64,000 nucleotides of DNA from Raillietiella orientalis (taxonomy: Eukaryota). Shown piece after piece: positions 1-13,510 of this stretch (position 1 is its first letter; each line of letters begins with the position of its first letter). Below the pieces are notes generated by a model, which was not told where the DNA came from, searched no databases, and worked only from the letters and a program-made list of their open reading frames with translations. The stretch covers positions 4,216,001 through 4,280,000 of the forward strand of contig JAYWIR010000006.1 in NCBI GenBank assembly GCA_036172245.1, given 5' to 3'. The position numbers and the translations under genes were made by a program.

Positions 1-1200
1 AAGGTGATGGAAGTCATGGGCTTCAGGAGAAGGGAAGAATGGGAAATGGTAGCCAGAGTGAGCATTAAGGGTTGACAAAATGACCATGGTCAGCCATAAC
101 CATACTGTAGCAATATGGGGTCCAATAACAATTAGCCCTAATAAGGGTGGGAGCAAATTTGCACACACATGTTCAAGTGGGTGACAATAAATTGCTGTAA
201 CAGAAATGGGAGACTTCCATTCATGGTGGATCTTGTGGATCTGTTTATAAAGAAAAGGTGAGTGCAGCAATCTGGAGAGTGCATAATCTTATTATGTACA
301 CAGACCGGAAGAAAATGCTACCTGTGAGAATAATAGAAGCCAACTTCTTCAACAAGCACACAGATGACCAACTGAAAGATCAGAACTTCAAAACGTGGCA
401 ATTTACCAAAGTAAAGTCCTCTCCATCTTATGATAGGAAACAGCCAGATAGTTAGAGGTACACCGACGAAGAACTGATTGAACAGCACCGTGGCAATAAC
501 CTGAAGAGTACAATACATAATTTAATCGGAATTATCCGTTAACAGGAGTGCAGCACATCTCACCAAACTTTCATTCCGAAGTAACTGTTTACTGGCAATG
601 ATACTTACTTTAGGTTCCATCAATCGTGTGAATTACATGATTATCACAAGCGAGAGTTTTTCGCACCCCCAATAATTTCCGAAGCATCACAAACCTTTGG
701 GAGTCTCCTGACATCCAAAGGTTCATTTTTGCCGGGCTGAATTTTGTACCTCTTCAAAATCGAGGGTCTTTCCGAGCAATCTAGTAGCAGGAGGGCTCCC
801 CCGACGCACCAGTACAGTGCGATGGTGATGAAGCTGGAAACTGAGAAATGGGTTCAAAAAATTTCTACTCCCTAAGGCTGCGAAACCGATGGCTACCGTA
901 GACTACAAGATAGTAATCAGTGTCATCCTTTCCGAAAATCCTTACGGAAAGTCCAAATACTCTGTCCCACAGAGACTGCCAGAAGTCGGCGGACGCACCC
1001 CAGAAAGTTTGAAAATGCCTGCGAGTGTTTTGACATCTCACTCGGGATGCTGCACAAAAAAAAGCTTACCAAGTCAACGAGTTGCTGATTGCGACAAAGA
1101 ACACCACGCAGGAGCCAACAACGAACAGCACGCTGTTCAAGGACGAGTAGATGTTGGGTTTGCGGGAGTTCATTTCATGGCTGATGTCCTGCAGCTTCAT
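1..1200 (-). CDS. FAXDC2: Fatty acid hydroxylase domain-containing protein 2-like (sterol desaturase family), 3'-partial; exons 1200-1070, 1018-897, 840-695, 500-322, 271-<1
   Basis: Manual splicing through GT-AG introns (51, 56, 194, 50 bp) gives one frame: MKLQDISHEM...VAISNSLTWHFQTFWGASADFWQSLW...RYKIQPGKNEPLD...[28 protein letters not shown]...HPLEH...NAHSGYHFPFFPSPEAHDFHHL. It contains the His boxes (HRLLH, HKIHH, HDFHH) of the FA_hydroxylase family. The gene continues past position 1. Confidence 0.92.
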
Positions 1201-2689
1201 TACGTGTTTGCTGCCCACAAGAGTGGTTCACGTTTCACACATTCCCGTTTCCAGTCGCTGGGTTTTTACGCAATGCCTGCGAGCGTGCCCCGTGATCCAA
1301 AAACAAGAAAAAAAAAAAAAAAACGCATCTGCTCCGGCCCGCAAGGAGAGCGAGAGATAGGGAGAGAGAGTTCTCCCGAGCCTTGTTTGCGTAAATACAC
1401 AGAGCTCTAGTTGCCGCAGATCCACCCCCCCAACCCAACCCCCCTCGTCCCTCCGCCCCGTTGTGTACATAGCGATTATACGTTCGGTGCTGAAGTGTTG
1501 CTCCCAATCCTTATCGTCGATCTTCGCCATTTCGAAATCTTATACGTAAAACGTTTCCCTTTGTTTCGCAAAAGTGTTAAGTCGCAATTTCCTACGGTCG
1601 CCTTTTTTTTTGTGTGTGTGTGTGTGTTTTGCTTACCTCTCAGCCTGTTCCGTGCCTCCAGGTATGTCTTTGGGCGCGCGCGCACACGAAGACATACCCG
1701 GAGGCTTTCATGGAGTCGTTCTGCAGAATCTTTTTCCGAAGATCTTTCATTTCTGGTCGCATCTTTTTCGACTCGAACGGATGAGCAAGGAGAGGACTCG
1801 AAGTTCTTCTCGTAAACAGCATGACGGAGGATTTCGAAATCAGCGACGCGCGCCGACAGGAAAGCCGGAAGACCGGGCTCTGAATCCGGGAGTCGTCTTC
1901 GTTCCTTCGGTTCCCCTCTGAAGTGATGCCTTGGAACGCGATTACACGTGTCGGCAAGAGTGTCGCGCGAATGCTCCGCGCTGTATTCCTTGGTTCCAGG
2001 GCTTCTGAGGGACGCAGAAGACGCGCAAGCCTTCCGACTTGCGACCGACTCCGCGTTCGCAAGCGGTTCTTGCAGGAGTGAGGAGGGTTGAAGCACTCTC
2101 TTCGTGGAGCTTTTCCAGCTGAAAGCAGGGATGCTTCTCGTTGTTCCTGAAAAAGTTCAGCGCTTTCCAGTCACGACAGGGCGTCCCCTTCTTAGGAGCA
2201 CCCCAGAAAACCAGACAAGGTTTGGACGCCACTTTCTGACCCCTGAATCAGGATGAACGGGTGCGGAAAGGACAACAAAACAAAAAACAAACTGGAAAAG
2301 TATGACGGTTTGACCAAAGAGGAGGGCCGATTGCAGGCGCTCTCAGAGTTTCGTCTTCGCCAGCAAGTCCTCTGATCTCAGCAGCAGCCTGACTAACAGG
2401 CGCCAGGTTGTTTCCTCTTCACGTATGCATCCCAGGCACGCTATCCTCACTCTTCCTTGAGCCTAAAGGGCTCCTCTGTGAAGTGTTCCGCGAGCGACGG
2501 TCACAGAACTATCGCGTTTGGCCCTCTGATCAGGAACGGTGCGCTGGTCGTGGACGGGAGCAGGTTCGAGGAGCTACAGTGGGGCTCATCTAGCAGCGAC
2601 ACCGCGCGCTGAAAGAGGGGCCGCGGGGCAAGGATGAGAGCGTGGGATCCTCGGGCAGCAGCCTCCCGTCCCTTTCGTGCCGGTAGAGG

Positions 2690-2900
2690 CAGCCATGCAT
2701 GAGTGGGATATGGGGCTGGGAGCAGGTTCCATATCCACCAGAGCATTTCCATAAATGGGCTGACAGGGGCCGCGAGGTTGTCTCAGTGTCTGCGGTCTTC
2801 TTCCCCTTTCCCCGCTCCTGCGATCATGCTCAGCGAAGGCACTTCCAGACCTACCCGATCTCCCCTAGGAAGTCTCATGGTACGAGAACCTTCGTCGTCT
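2690..2900 (+). mobile_element. Small decayed fragment of the Tx1/L1-like ORF2 family
   Basis: Peptides WGWEQVPY and LGSLMVREP resemble WFWEAVPY (copy near 54970) and YRSFTVREI (copy near 35290). Limits approximate. Confidence 0.4.
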
Positions 2901-5900
2901 CATGCCTTCTGACTTTCTGTCAAAAAGCATCTCGAAGGCTGGACGCATGAGTGATCCCTCTTTGCAGAACGGTTCTGATAGAGGGACTTTCTAGGGGTTC
3001 CAGGGATGGTTTCACTAACTTGTTTTTTGACGCACTTTCTCGGGGAGAGAGGCAATAGGGGGAGGGGGGGAGCATCCAAACCACATTCCTCAGCAACTCT
3101 TCCCAAGGGAGGGGCTCTTGAGAGTTTTCATGTCTTCTCGTGTAAACGTTCTTCCCCTAGGAATGCGTTCTTGCTGATGGAGCTACTTAGAACCGGCCCA
3201 GTTTCGTGGGGAAATCAAGATGGCTCCCAACAGTCTTCCCTTCGGTCGCCTCCTAGGGTCGTCGGGCAGGCAAACGCCATTTGCGCGCTCCCGGGCTGAT
3301 ACGCGATGAACTCTCGCGAGGCCTTCTGGCCATCCGCGTGGAAAACCACGGTTCTCTCTTTTTCCCCTTCCGCGTGGCGTCGGCGAAAACGAGCAGTTGA
3401 GCAAGAGGCGAAGGAAAGGACTGCTAGCGCGTTCGCTTCTTGCAACACGCCGAGCGTGCTTTCCTTTGTGGATACCGCAGAAGCATCTTCTCTGCAGGAA
3501 GGTAATGATTAGCCGATCATCCTCAAAATGCTCACTTGAGAGTCTCGTCTCTCTCCCGACCTGCAATTCCTACTGCTCTTTCCGAGATTCCTTTGTTGTG
3601 AGGAGAAACGGAAAACAAGGGGGAAAAAAATGAAGGAGAAAGAAAAGGAAAGAAATAAAGTCAACTGCAAGGAGGAGAGAGTCCGTCCGCCGCCGCCAGG
3701 TTCGACCCGTAAGGTCCGAAAAAGACCTCCTTTTCCGAGTCGGATGCCCGAGCAGGCGCCGCCTCGTCCCGTACGCTATCCGGCGGCTACTCTTCCGCAG
3801 CTCGTGATACTCATCTTCGAGCATGACCGATCGGATATCCATCCGACGCGTGCAACTCGCCGAGGGGAAGGGTCGACGCGGAGGTGAACTCTTTCGCACG
3901 CTTCGCCACGGCGGAAAATGGCCGGCGGACGCCTCCTCCCGCTTAATTTGCGGGTTTCGTCTGTTCCGCGGTGCCAAAAGCCCGATGGGCGCGTGCGTGC
4001 CCTTAACCACGATAAAAGCCTCCCTTCTTTTTCGAAACGCTCGGGTTTCGGGAAAAGTCCCATCGTCCGCAGGCATTATCGGGCGAGTTCACGCAGAAAG
4101 GCGGAATTAAAAGGAGGGGTCCGCGCGCCTTGCAGTAGCTTCGCTTCGCCCGGTGCCGGACGAGGCAAACGCGAGAAACGTGAGGCTGCTGCCGCGCCGG
4201 AGGGACGGGTCAAGGCTGCTGCCACGACGAGCCCGAACAGCGGCGCTCAGCCACCCCCACCCCCCTCCCACCGTTCAGGAAGCAGCCCTCTCCAGCTTCG
4301 GCGGACGTAGACAGGACTGAGGGAGAGCCCTCGGGTGGTGGCAAACCGAGGTTCTTTTCCTCCAAAGGAAACAGGGAGCGCGCGCATGCTTCTGGTTCTC
4401 CTTTGTTTTGCTTAAATAAACGCCCCCCCGGCGAAGTCCCCTTCGCTGATCTCTTGTGCCTCCAAGGTTTTCGGAATTCCCGGGACAGTACTCGGCTGCC
4501 TTTACAGGGTTCTCAAATCGGCAGGGAGAGAAGAAATGCACGCGGCGGCTCGCTCCGAGAGCGGCAGTCCTGCCATCTATCCGCCCTTCCTGGATTAGCT
4601 CGTCCGCGCTGCTTTGTTTCCTTCACATCTTGTGCGCTTCTTCCGAGGCTGCTCCGGGAAGGAATCGGAGAGGACATCGGAAAAATGCGACGAGCAGGGG
4701 GAAAGCCATGAAGGAAACGTCCCGTTTCTGTCCATCAGTGGACCAACTGGACGTTCTCGTGCGCAGAGCAGCTGCCGACACGTCGAGAACTGCCCGGAGC
4801 TAGACGCGGGACGTGGCTTCCCTGGGCCTCCCGGCAGCGCGAGCTCCGGGGCGGATTTCCCGGAGGGACGGCAGCGCCCCCCTCCCAACGTGGGAGAATG
4901 GGGCTCGCGATGCGGACGGAGGTCCCGAGAAGAGCCACTCGAGAGCGCGCCGCCTCGAGTGGATCGAGGCACGCCAGGGTTTTCTCAGGAACCCGTTTCT
5001 GGGCACGTAACGCACGCCGGGGCCCGCGCGCGGCTCGCTCTCGCGCGCGGCCCTGCCGAGGCGAGGAGTCACGCCGCTCACGACCGGGAAGATCCTGGTC
5101 GCCTTCACTGTCGCTTCCGGGCGCGAGGCGGCAGCCCGTGTCCTTCGGCGAGGTCCAATGGGATTCGCCGAAGAGGACTCCGCCTCCCCTCGGGCGAGCG
5201 GGAGCAGCGTGGCTTCGTCGGGGACCGGGAAGGGCGAACCGCCCTATCCTTCCGACGACGGCGCTCCCGGGAACCTCCAGGGGGCTGGAGGTCGTCCCCA
5301 GGGGGACACACTCCGGGCGCACCTCGAACACGGGCGCCGCGGGGGGTCTTCCTACTTCGAGGAGAGGCCCTCTCGCGGATCCGCGTTCCCGAGAGACCCG
5401 TGGGTAGGCGTCCCGGCCATTCCCTCGATCCCGTTTCCTCCCCTCCCCCGCCGCTTTTCCCGCGTTTGGCGCTTTCCTCGGGGAAGGGATTAGAAAGACG
5501 ACGGCCCGAGAGCGCTCCCGGCAGCGGACACGCTACGAGAGAGCGGCGCCACCCGCGTCAGGTCGGCTGCTGTTACGCAACCTCGGGGGGAATGGGTCGG
5601 GGTTTTCCGCTTCACTGGGGTCAGTCACTTGCCGCTCCGAGGGGTACTCTGGAACGCGTTCTCGAGTCCGCGTCCGCGGTTCTCCCGGAGAGGTGAACCA
5701 GGGTCCCAGGTGGAAGGAAAGACCCGCCGTTCGGGGCGGAAGGGAGGAACGGGAGTGGGGGAGGGGAAGAATCCGCTTGTTGGCGCTTCCGGGTCTCTGC
5801 CGCCGACATGAGCGGATCCTCGGAGACCCTCGCCGCCGGCTCCAGAGCGGGCGTTTCCTCCGGAGCTCGCCCCGTCGGGCCCGTTCGCACTTTCGCTCCA

Positions 5901-7449
5901 CAAGGAAGGGTCCTTCCTCGTTCCTTGGCTCCGCCGGCTCCACCCTCGTCCTGCACGACGCACTTGACCCGGCGGACCCCCGACAGTTTTCCAGGAAGCA
6001 CCTAGAGCAGCCCAGGGCTATCTCTCGTTTCGTTTTCTTTTTCTCCGTTTACTGGATTCAAGGATCGGCGAGGCCACGTCCCTTGGGGGAGGCGCCCGCT
6101 CGCCGCAGGGTGGACCCACGACGTTCGGTCGGAAGCGCCACGTGGCTGCTGCTCGCCCTAGAGCGAGGCCGCAGCGCGTGAGCCCCGCTCGCTCCCGGCG
6201 CCCGAAGGTCAAGCGCGTCCCGGGGCTCGCGTCGCAGCCAGCCGCTGACCTCCACCGCGTTCCTGGAAGGTTTCCTCCTCTTTTTCCCCGCCCCTCATCG
6301 GTCGCGAAGCGGAAGGGCCGTACCAGGGAGGCGGGAGTCCCCGAATATGCCTCCGAGCGGTGCTCGGCTGGAAGCGCGGGCGGGCTCGGCTGCCCTTCGG
6401 TTTGCTGAAGAGCCGGGACGAGAGCCGCTTCCCCTCCTTCCCCTCCGGGCATCAAGCCGGGACAGAGGCGCCTCCCTGCCCGCGCGTGGGTTGCCAGGGG
6501 GTCGCGGGATTCGAGCGAGAACTGTTCCCGGGGTCGAGCCGAACCCCCCTTCTCGTCCCTCTGGCTAAGGTCAAAGTGCAGGCGCACGGTCTTCTTCCGG
6601 CGGTGGCCAAGCGACCGCCGTTCCGGTCATCCTCGTCCCGGAAGTTGCTAGGGTCGTCCCAGACCTCCCGGTGCCCGGTCCTTGGAAGAGGCTGGTTCGC
6701 TGCCGGGAGTATTGGGTGGAGGGGTGAGCCAGCAAAGAAGAGGAGAGGCAGAGCGACCTTTCCGATACTGCTGCGGAATACGTTCGCCCTCCTGCCTCTC
6801 CTAGGGGTGAGACGTGGGGAGGGCAACTCCCTGTTTTCTCCACCTCCTGGGCCACCGGGAGGCCGAACACATCCTCGTTCGAAGGCGGAGAAGCAGCGCT
6901 GCGAACTCCGTGGGTCCATCTCGAAGCTGCCCGCCGTGACTTCGGGGAGGTCCTCGTTCGTTCCGCAAGCCGCGGAGCCAGAGGGGGGCACCCACTCCAG
7001 TTGGAGGAGGAGGGTCGATTCCAACGCGAGACTGCCCTCCGCTGCGGGCAGGGGGGGGGGGGCAATAGCGGCAGCCCTCGTGCAACGTGCGTCGATTCCA
7101 TCCTGCTGCGGTTAGACTCCGATTTTGCGGTTCAGTGTCGGCTGAACTACGAGCGCGCGCGTGCGCATGTGTTTTTGTAAAAAGAAAGTGGGGAGGAGGA
7201 GAAAGGAGGGGAGGGGGAACAGCACGTGATTTACGTGGGCTCGGCTCAATTTTATTCTCATTTTCGTGAGCAAAATGGCGCAAATACGGGGATGGCTCCA
7301 GAATAGCTCCAACTGATTAAATGCCGACGAAACTCCAAAAGCTTCTTCTTTTTTTTTTTGCACTCATTTCAGAATTTTGATTTTTTTTCTTTTCATTTCA
7401 AAAAACGTCCTACTGTTGCGATGTGTAAGACATATCTCCCATCTTCCAT

Positions 7450-8100
7450 GGATGCTACCAGCCACATCGTCCATGGGACTCTCATAGCACGGACTCAGAA
7501 TGCATGACTCAGAACGTACCCCCGCGTTCTACGTGGTCTGCTACACCTATGAAGGTGATGGGAATCCTTGATGTTTGGAAGTGCACGAAAGGAAGCCTGT
7601 TCCTGGAGGTTCCCCAACATATAAGGAGTCACGACTCATCTCCACAGGAGCCAGCGCGCACAGGCTGTGCCGGATGCCTTTCGAGACGACTTCGGGAGTT
7701 GATCTTTGCAAACGAGGTCGCTCGCCCCCGAGGAAGGTTCAAAACTCCGCTCTGCGGGTCAGGTTGGATGCGACCCTAGGTAGACAGCATCGTCCGGGCT
7801 GATCTCGCCCGGTGCACTCGGTACAGCCTCCCACGAGGTGCTACTGGTCACACCGGGGAGAGCCCAGGATTCCGTTACCATTTGCGAAGAACCTACCAAA
7901 AGATGCGAGCAGCACCGGAGGACCTGGTCCCGCATGGGAGGCGGGGTGAAGCCAGGGTGTGCTTCGAACTCGTCCCCCTTCATCGTGGCAGCGTTAGGCA
8001 ATCAGTAGGAGCTTCGAAATGAAGCACGTGCTCCCTGAGCGTAGGTTGGCAACCTGACCATCCTCTCAAAGTCGGAGGAGGCTCGTCGGAAGCCTAAAAC
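7450..8100 (-). mobile_element. Heavily decayed Tx1/L1-like ORF2 fragment
   Basis: CSHLLVGSSQM...TSWEAVPS is collinear with GTRLLQESSQL...WFWEAVPY of the 54-56 kb copy. Many stops and frameshifts; limits approximate. Confidence 0.35.
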
Positions 8101-10456
8101 AAGCTGGGAGGGCCAATCGGCCTCCAGCGCCTGCATTCAGTTCCGAATGAGGTCTCCCAGCCTAGAAGAGGGCAGCTGCCACGACGAACTCCCCCCTCCC
8201 CGGCCTCGTGCGAGGAGAGAGGCCGGAGCACGCTCGAGGAGCAGGGACGGCCGTTGGCGGGCCGCGGACTTCGCCGGGAGGAGGGACGAAGCCTTCCCTC
8301 GCGGCCTCCCTGCGCCGGGAACAAGCGCCTTCACGGAGGGCGGACGAAAAGGATGTTTGAACCGGATGCTGCCGGAGGCGGAGCCTCCATCTGGAGCAGC
8401 TGCACTTTCGACCTCGCCAGAAGCCTCCGTGATGGAGTTGACCGTGAGGTGGTGGTTGCTGAGGCTGCCGCCCTCTGGAGAGGACACGGGGGGTTCGTGT
8501 CCGGGGAAGCGCCGCCCTCCGAGCACCGGGAGTTTGCGGGCGGACGAGCCGCCTCTCGAGGCCGTCTGGGAGTAGGCTAGCGGTGACCCCCAGACGGCGG
8601 CACACCCGACCCCACCGCGAGAAGGTAATCAGCGCCGACCTTCGGAGCTGCTCGGCGCGAACGCACGTGCCAACCCCCGCGCAATTAGCACCCGGACCAA
8701 GGGAAATCCGTGCAGCGCGCCGGACTGCATCGCCCGCCGGGCCGCTCCGTGACCTCGGGGGAGCGCCCGAGGCCCACCGCGGCTCCGGAGCAAACCCGGT
8801 CCCGACACGCGCGCCGTGGCAACGGAGGGAGCGGAGGGAGGGCAGACTCGCGTCTCCCGCGACCTTGAGATGGGAAAGAGGCCCCCCCTTCAGGAAAGGA
8901 GGCGATCCCTGGGGTTCTCGGGGGCGACGCGGGCCCCTGGAGCCTTCCGCGGCCATTTCGAGGATCCATCCCGTCTCAGGGACGGCGACTCCGCAAGGGG
9001 AGGTTCCGAGCCGACTCGCTCGGGTCGCTCCGCAGACGTCCGAGTATCCTGGCCCGCGCTCCCGCCGACCCGCCTCCGGGGGTCGAGGAGCCACTCCTGG
9101 GATACGCAAGAAGCGCACCCTCTCTCCCTCCCTCCCGGTTCTTCATCATCCAGAGGGATAAGTGGGAAGAAAAGGGAGAGCTGAGGGCAGCCCCCCGAGG
9201 AGCGCGGGGGAAGGGTGCGGTCAGGGGTCTATGAACTGACCGTCGGTCTCGTGGACTCTTCCTTCGCTCCGGAGGCGTGACCCGGACCTCTCGATGCTTC
9301 CTCCTAAGGCTGCATCGCGGTCTTGGCGCTCGTTGTCGGCACGGAGGGACGGGGGAGATGCGGGATCACCCCTCAGGCGGATAGCGCAACGGGACGAGTT
9401 CTCCAGATTCGGTCCAGAGTTCTCGCTGCCTCTGGCGCTTCGCGTCCGCGGAGGAGGCGAGTCCGGGCTCCGCTCTCCGAATGCGTCCTGGCGCACTGCA
9501 GCCCCTTGGGGAAGCAATGCTCACCCGGGGGGTCACCCCCAGGCGAGCCGTCCGGATGAACGCTCCTGCCGCCTAACGCGCCCTCATCCGCCGGGAAGGC
9601 TGCGTTAGCGGGTCTGAGGGTCGCCCTTTCTGGAGTGGCCTCGGGGTGCATGCCCTCACGCGCGGCCGCGTAGGGGCAGACGGTCTATCCCTTCACCGCA
9701 GGGCGTGTCTTCAGCCGAAGAACGTCAGAGCGGCTCCAGGAACCGGTCTCGAGATCCGGGCTCCAGCAGCAGGAGGGAGCTGCCCCTTTCCCACTGACGG
9801 ACCCCACAGCACGCCAGAGTCGTCTCCGGGCAGGCAAGCGAGCGAGCAGGGTCCCGCCCTTCCTGCCTTTCGATAGCGGAAGGCTTGCGCGACGGGTGTG
9901 GGGAAGGTGGGGTGGACTCCTCATGACAGCGGGCCGGGGCTCGCCTCCCTTCCGCCTCCTGGGTGCCCCCCGACTCGCTTCTGGAGTCCCGCCGGGAGTG
10001 CCCCTGTTCCCCCCCATGGGCACGGGCACCTGATGCGGCCTCAGGGCGAGTGGACGTCCCCCACGCTCCTCCTCATCTTCTTTCGCTCTCGTTCCGCTCG
10101 CTGTGCGCCTCCTAAGGACGTTCCAGAGAACCATCTTCCCTCGTGCCCGTCTCATCATCGCGGTCTTCTACTCCTCCCCCGGATCCTCAGGTCAAGGCGC
10201 TCCGTGGACCCGAGGGCGGAGTCGATTCCTGCCGCACCCTTCCCCCGCGCTTCGCGGGGGGCTCGAGGATGCGAGAACTCCCTTTTCTTCCCACCTACCC
10301 CTCTGGATGACGGACCACCCGGGAGGGAGGGAAGGCGCACTTCCCGCGGATCCCGGGAGTGGCTGATCGATCCCCAGAGGCAGGTCGACGAGAACGCGAG
10401 AACGCATCCCTTCTTTCCGGGAGCGGAGAACGGGAGGAAAACTGGCAAGAAAAGGA

Positions 10457-10545
10457 AGGGGCCATGCTAATCTACTCCGTATCGTTCCAATTTTAGTATA
10501 TGTGCCGCCGAAGCAGGTACATATGCTAAAATTGGAACGATAGAG
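10457..10545 (-). pseudogene. U6: U6 snRNA retropseudogene (about nt 1-64, 3'-truncated) with a fold-back inverted duplication
   Basis: Reverse complement of 10457-10520 is GTACCTGCTTCGGCGGCACATATACTAAAATTGGAACGATACGGAGTAGATTAGCATGGCCCCT, the 5' part of U6. The ACAGAGA box is mutated to ACGGAGT and the 3' part is missing. 10519-10545 is an inverted partial copy. Confidence 0.92.
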
Positions 10546-11700
10546 TCGAGAGTCACCCGAGCGCTGCCTTCGCCACCCCGGGTATCTGCGCCTGCTGAGC
10601 GCGGAGTGATTCCCTGTCGGAGGGCGGGAGCAAGGAAGGCAGAGGTCCTGCCCCCAATCCCCTCGTGAGTTCCCCAGGACGACAGTGAGTGGCAGACGAA
10701 CGGCCGCTTCCAAAAGAGGCGACCACGCCCTCTGCGTCGGCAGGCCGGTGAGCCGGGCGACACTGCGCTCTCTCCTACAGTGCCGCCCCGCCCCGCCTCC
10801 AGGAAGTGCGCCGTCCTTCATCCCTAGAGCAAATGCAGCAGTTCCTCCCCCCCTCCTCACCCACCGACCTCCCAAAAAAAAGGAAAGAAAGAGAGAAGGA
10901 AAATGGAGCTGGTGCGAACCAACTCCGAGCCTCGGGGAAACGCCGCCCGGAGGCGCAGCCACCGATCTCGGTTCCCGCGCTGCCCTGCCACGCGTTCCTC
11001 GTTGTGGACAAACGTCCGCCTGAGAATTCGCTGACCACTGCGCCGTAATGGTCCGCTTCCCGTCTTTTTGTGACGTCCTCCCTCCTGGGCAGCGCCACCT
11101 GGCTCCCTTGTCAGTGCGAGATCGTGTCGCCGGTGATCGAAGGGACTCCCGCGCCCAAACAAACCGGAAAGCTCCCAAAAAGACCGTCCGTGCTTCGCCC
11201 GGTGAACTGCACGAACGACGGAGATTCTCGGCAGGAGGACAAGGGCGCCCAAGGCTGCCGGATGGGTCGGACAGTGGGAGTAGGGAGGGGCAGAGATCAA
11301 AAGGAGACGTGCATGACGAAAGCAGAGAAAGAGAGGCGTGGCGACGGGATGGGGCGGGGAGAGAGGACTCGGAGACATCCACTGGCCACGTGTCAGCACC
11401 GCAGTCCAGCATCACGTCGTGAGCAGCGGCTGTAGCAGCCCTGAGAGATTCTTAGGGGAGCTGTAGGCGCCGAAAGACCCTCTCTTGGCGTAGGCAGCTG
11501 CGAGCAGCACCGCGCCCCGGGGCATGGGTTCTTCTTCGAACACGTGAACGCACACGTTATTTGAAGCACAGTGCACCTGCAAGCGTCTTCCTCCCTGGAG
11601 ACGACGTCAGGATACGCCATTCTTCTGGGACTTTCGATCAGCTGCGGAATCGCTTGACCGCTGAGCCCTCCAAGTTCCGGACAGGGAGAGGAGGTTTGTC

Positions 11701-13510
11701 TCTAGGATTTGCCGGGCATTTACTGTAAAAATAATGAGAATAAAAATATATTTAATCAGTCACGTGGTGGAACACATGGCTCACCACCATCGTCCAACTT
11801 GCCATTCTCCGGTACGGAGACCAGTGAGATCCGCTCAAGCAGGGAAGGAAGGGGAGGGGCGAAATGTTTCTTGCAGAGAAGAAGGCAGGCAAGGGATCAC
11901 AATACGTTGGGAAACGTCCTTTGCATCCTGTCCAGGATGCAGGCAAGTGGTGTTTTGTGCTGTCCGGATGGGTCCATCTTGACGAGGTCTCCAAAAAGGT
12001 CCGCGCAGTGGATGGTTCCTGACATGTCGGCCTCTTCTTCTCGCGTTCCAGGCCTCCGTGACCGCGAGAAGGCAGCAGAACACTGCTAGGCATGTGGCTG
12101 GCGGCAGAGAGGCACGCCCGGAGAGGCGTTTGTAAATGTCCCTGGGACCGCCAACCGGGATTCCTAGGGTCGTCGAGAGGCAATCCCAAAGGGAACGGAG
12201 GACAGGAAAGTCTCCTTCTCTCCACACCTTCCACAATTGGCATCAATGCTCCAATGATGGAGGCGTAACTTTCATGGGAAGTTCTTTCCGTGAAATTCCC
12301 CAATGCAACACCAGCAACGCCATCTCTTGTCACTCGAGGGGGAAGGCGCCACTGCTCCAAGACACCGGGGGCCACCCCACCTTCTCCGGAGGTATCACGA
12401 GCAGCTCACCTCAGGGTGGCAGTCTTTTCAGAGGGACACTCGGACTCGCAGCGTTCGTGAGCTGCTGAGTTGTTCACGCATATGGAAGTTTCTTTTTTCC
12501 TGCAATGTAGCAGGAAAGAAGAAACTAGCAGGGCACTTCTCGCTTTGGCGGGAGGTTGCTATCCCTTGCGTTTTTGAGGGAGAGCAGCACTGGGGCAAGG
12601 GGAGCTAACGATGCCCACGGCAGTTTGCGTGGGTTCCGCACGATCTCCTGTAGCAGCTGTCGATTGTGCTTCCATCTCCGGAGGCAGGTGCATTCCATCT
12701 CGCTCCAGCAGTGGATCTTTCCCCATGAAGAAACTGACTCCTGGAGCCAGGCAGTGAAGTTCTCGGGGAGGCAGGAGATCCAGGCGTTCTCCACCACCAA
12801 GGCAACCATTCGACGCAGCTGATGGCCACAGTACTTCAGGCTGATGTCGTTGGACACGAGAATCGACGAAAGTCTTTCGCAGTCCGTTGCTCTTTTGGTC
12901 AGGAGGCGTGCAGGCGCTCACCAAGGCGTACTCCACAGCTTCCCTGCGAGTGCAAGTGTCCTTATCTGGAGCTGAAGCGCCATCCCCTCCAGTGTAAGGA
13001 GGTCCAGGCCACCGTCCTTACGCGGAGCACACAAGTCTTTCAATCGCACTCGGGACCTCTCTGTTCCCCACAGGGCTTTTCTAAGGAGATCTTCAGTCCG
13101 TTTTTGAATCCGTGATGCTATGGGACAAACAAAAAGCAGGGGGCGGAGGAAGGGAGACGCGAACGCGTTCCACACCGCGGCCCGTTCCTGCAAGTAAAAC
13201 CTGTCGTTCTGGAACGCGCAGAGGGCATCTCTACTTTTTGAAGACGGTCGGACCAGGTTTCTGCAAGGCATAAGTCCCCCAATGGAACTCCAAGGTGCTT
13301 GGGGTACCCACCCGTGGTGATCTCCAGGCGGATCCAGTCCGGCCGTCCGGCCCACGCCGCACCAACTGGAACGATGGACGACTTTGCCATGTGCACCTCT
13401 GCGGCTGACAGGAGGAGGGAGGCAACCTCGTTCAATCTTTCCCGCTTCCGCCGCCTAATTGCATTTGTGCACACACCAGAGGAGGGGGGAAAGCTCGTAA
13501 GCTGGCTCTA
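11701..13510 (-). mobile_element. 5'-truncated, frameshifted L1/Tx1-like non-LTR retrotransposon (post-RT region, CCHC finger, 3' UTR)
   Basis: GYPKHLGVPLG; LLRKALWGTERSRVRLKDLCAPRKDGGLDLL (GGLG motif); LPLEWQ...HWG; NCGRCGEKE; WTHPDS...HLPAS. The 3' UTR and terminal motif match the other copies. Confidence 0.8.

Noticed and set aside
10457..10520. Functional U6 snRNA gene
   Set aside because: The ACAGAGA box is mutated, the 3' ~40 nt are missing, and the upstream position is occupied by the inverted copy rather than a promoter.
10192..11415. 407-aa ORF containing TYTKIGTIRSRLAWPL
   Set aside because: That peptide is just the translation of the U6 fragment, not a protein motif.
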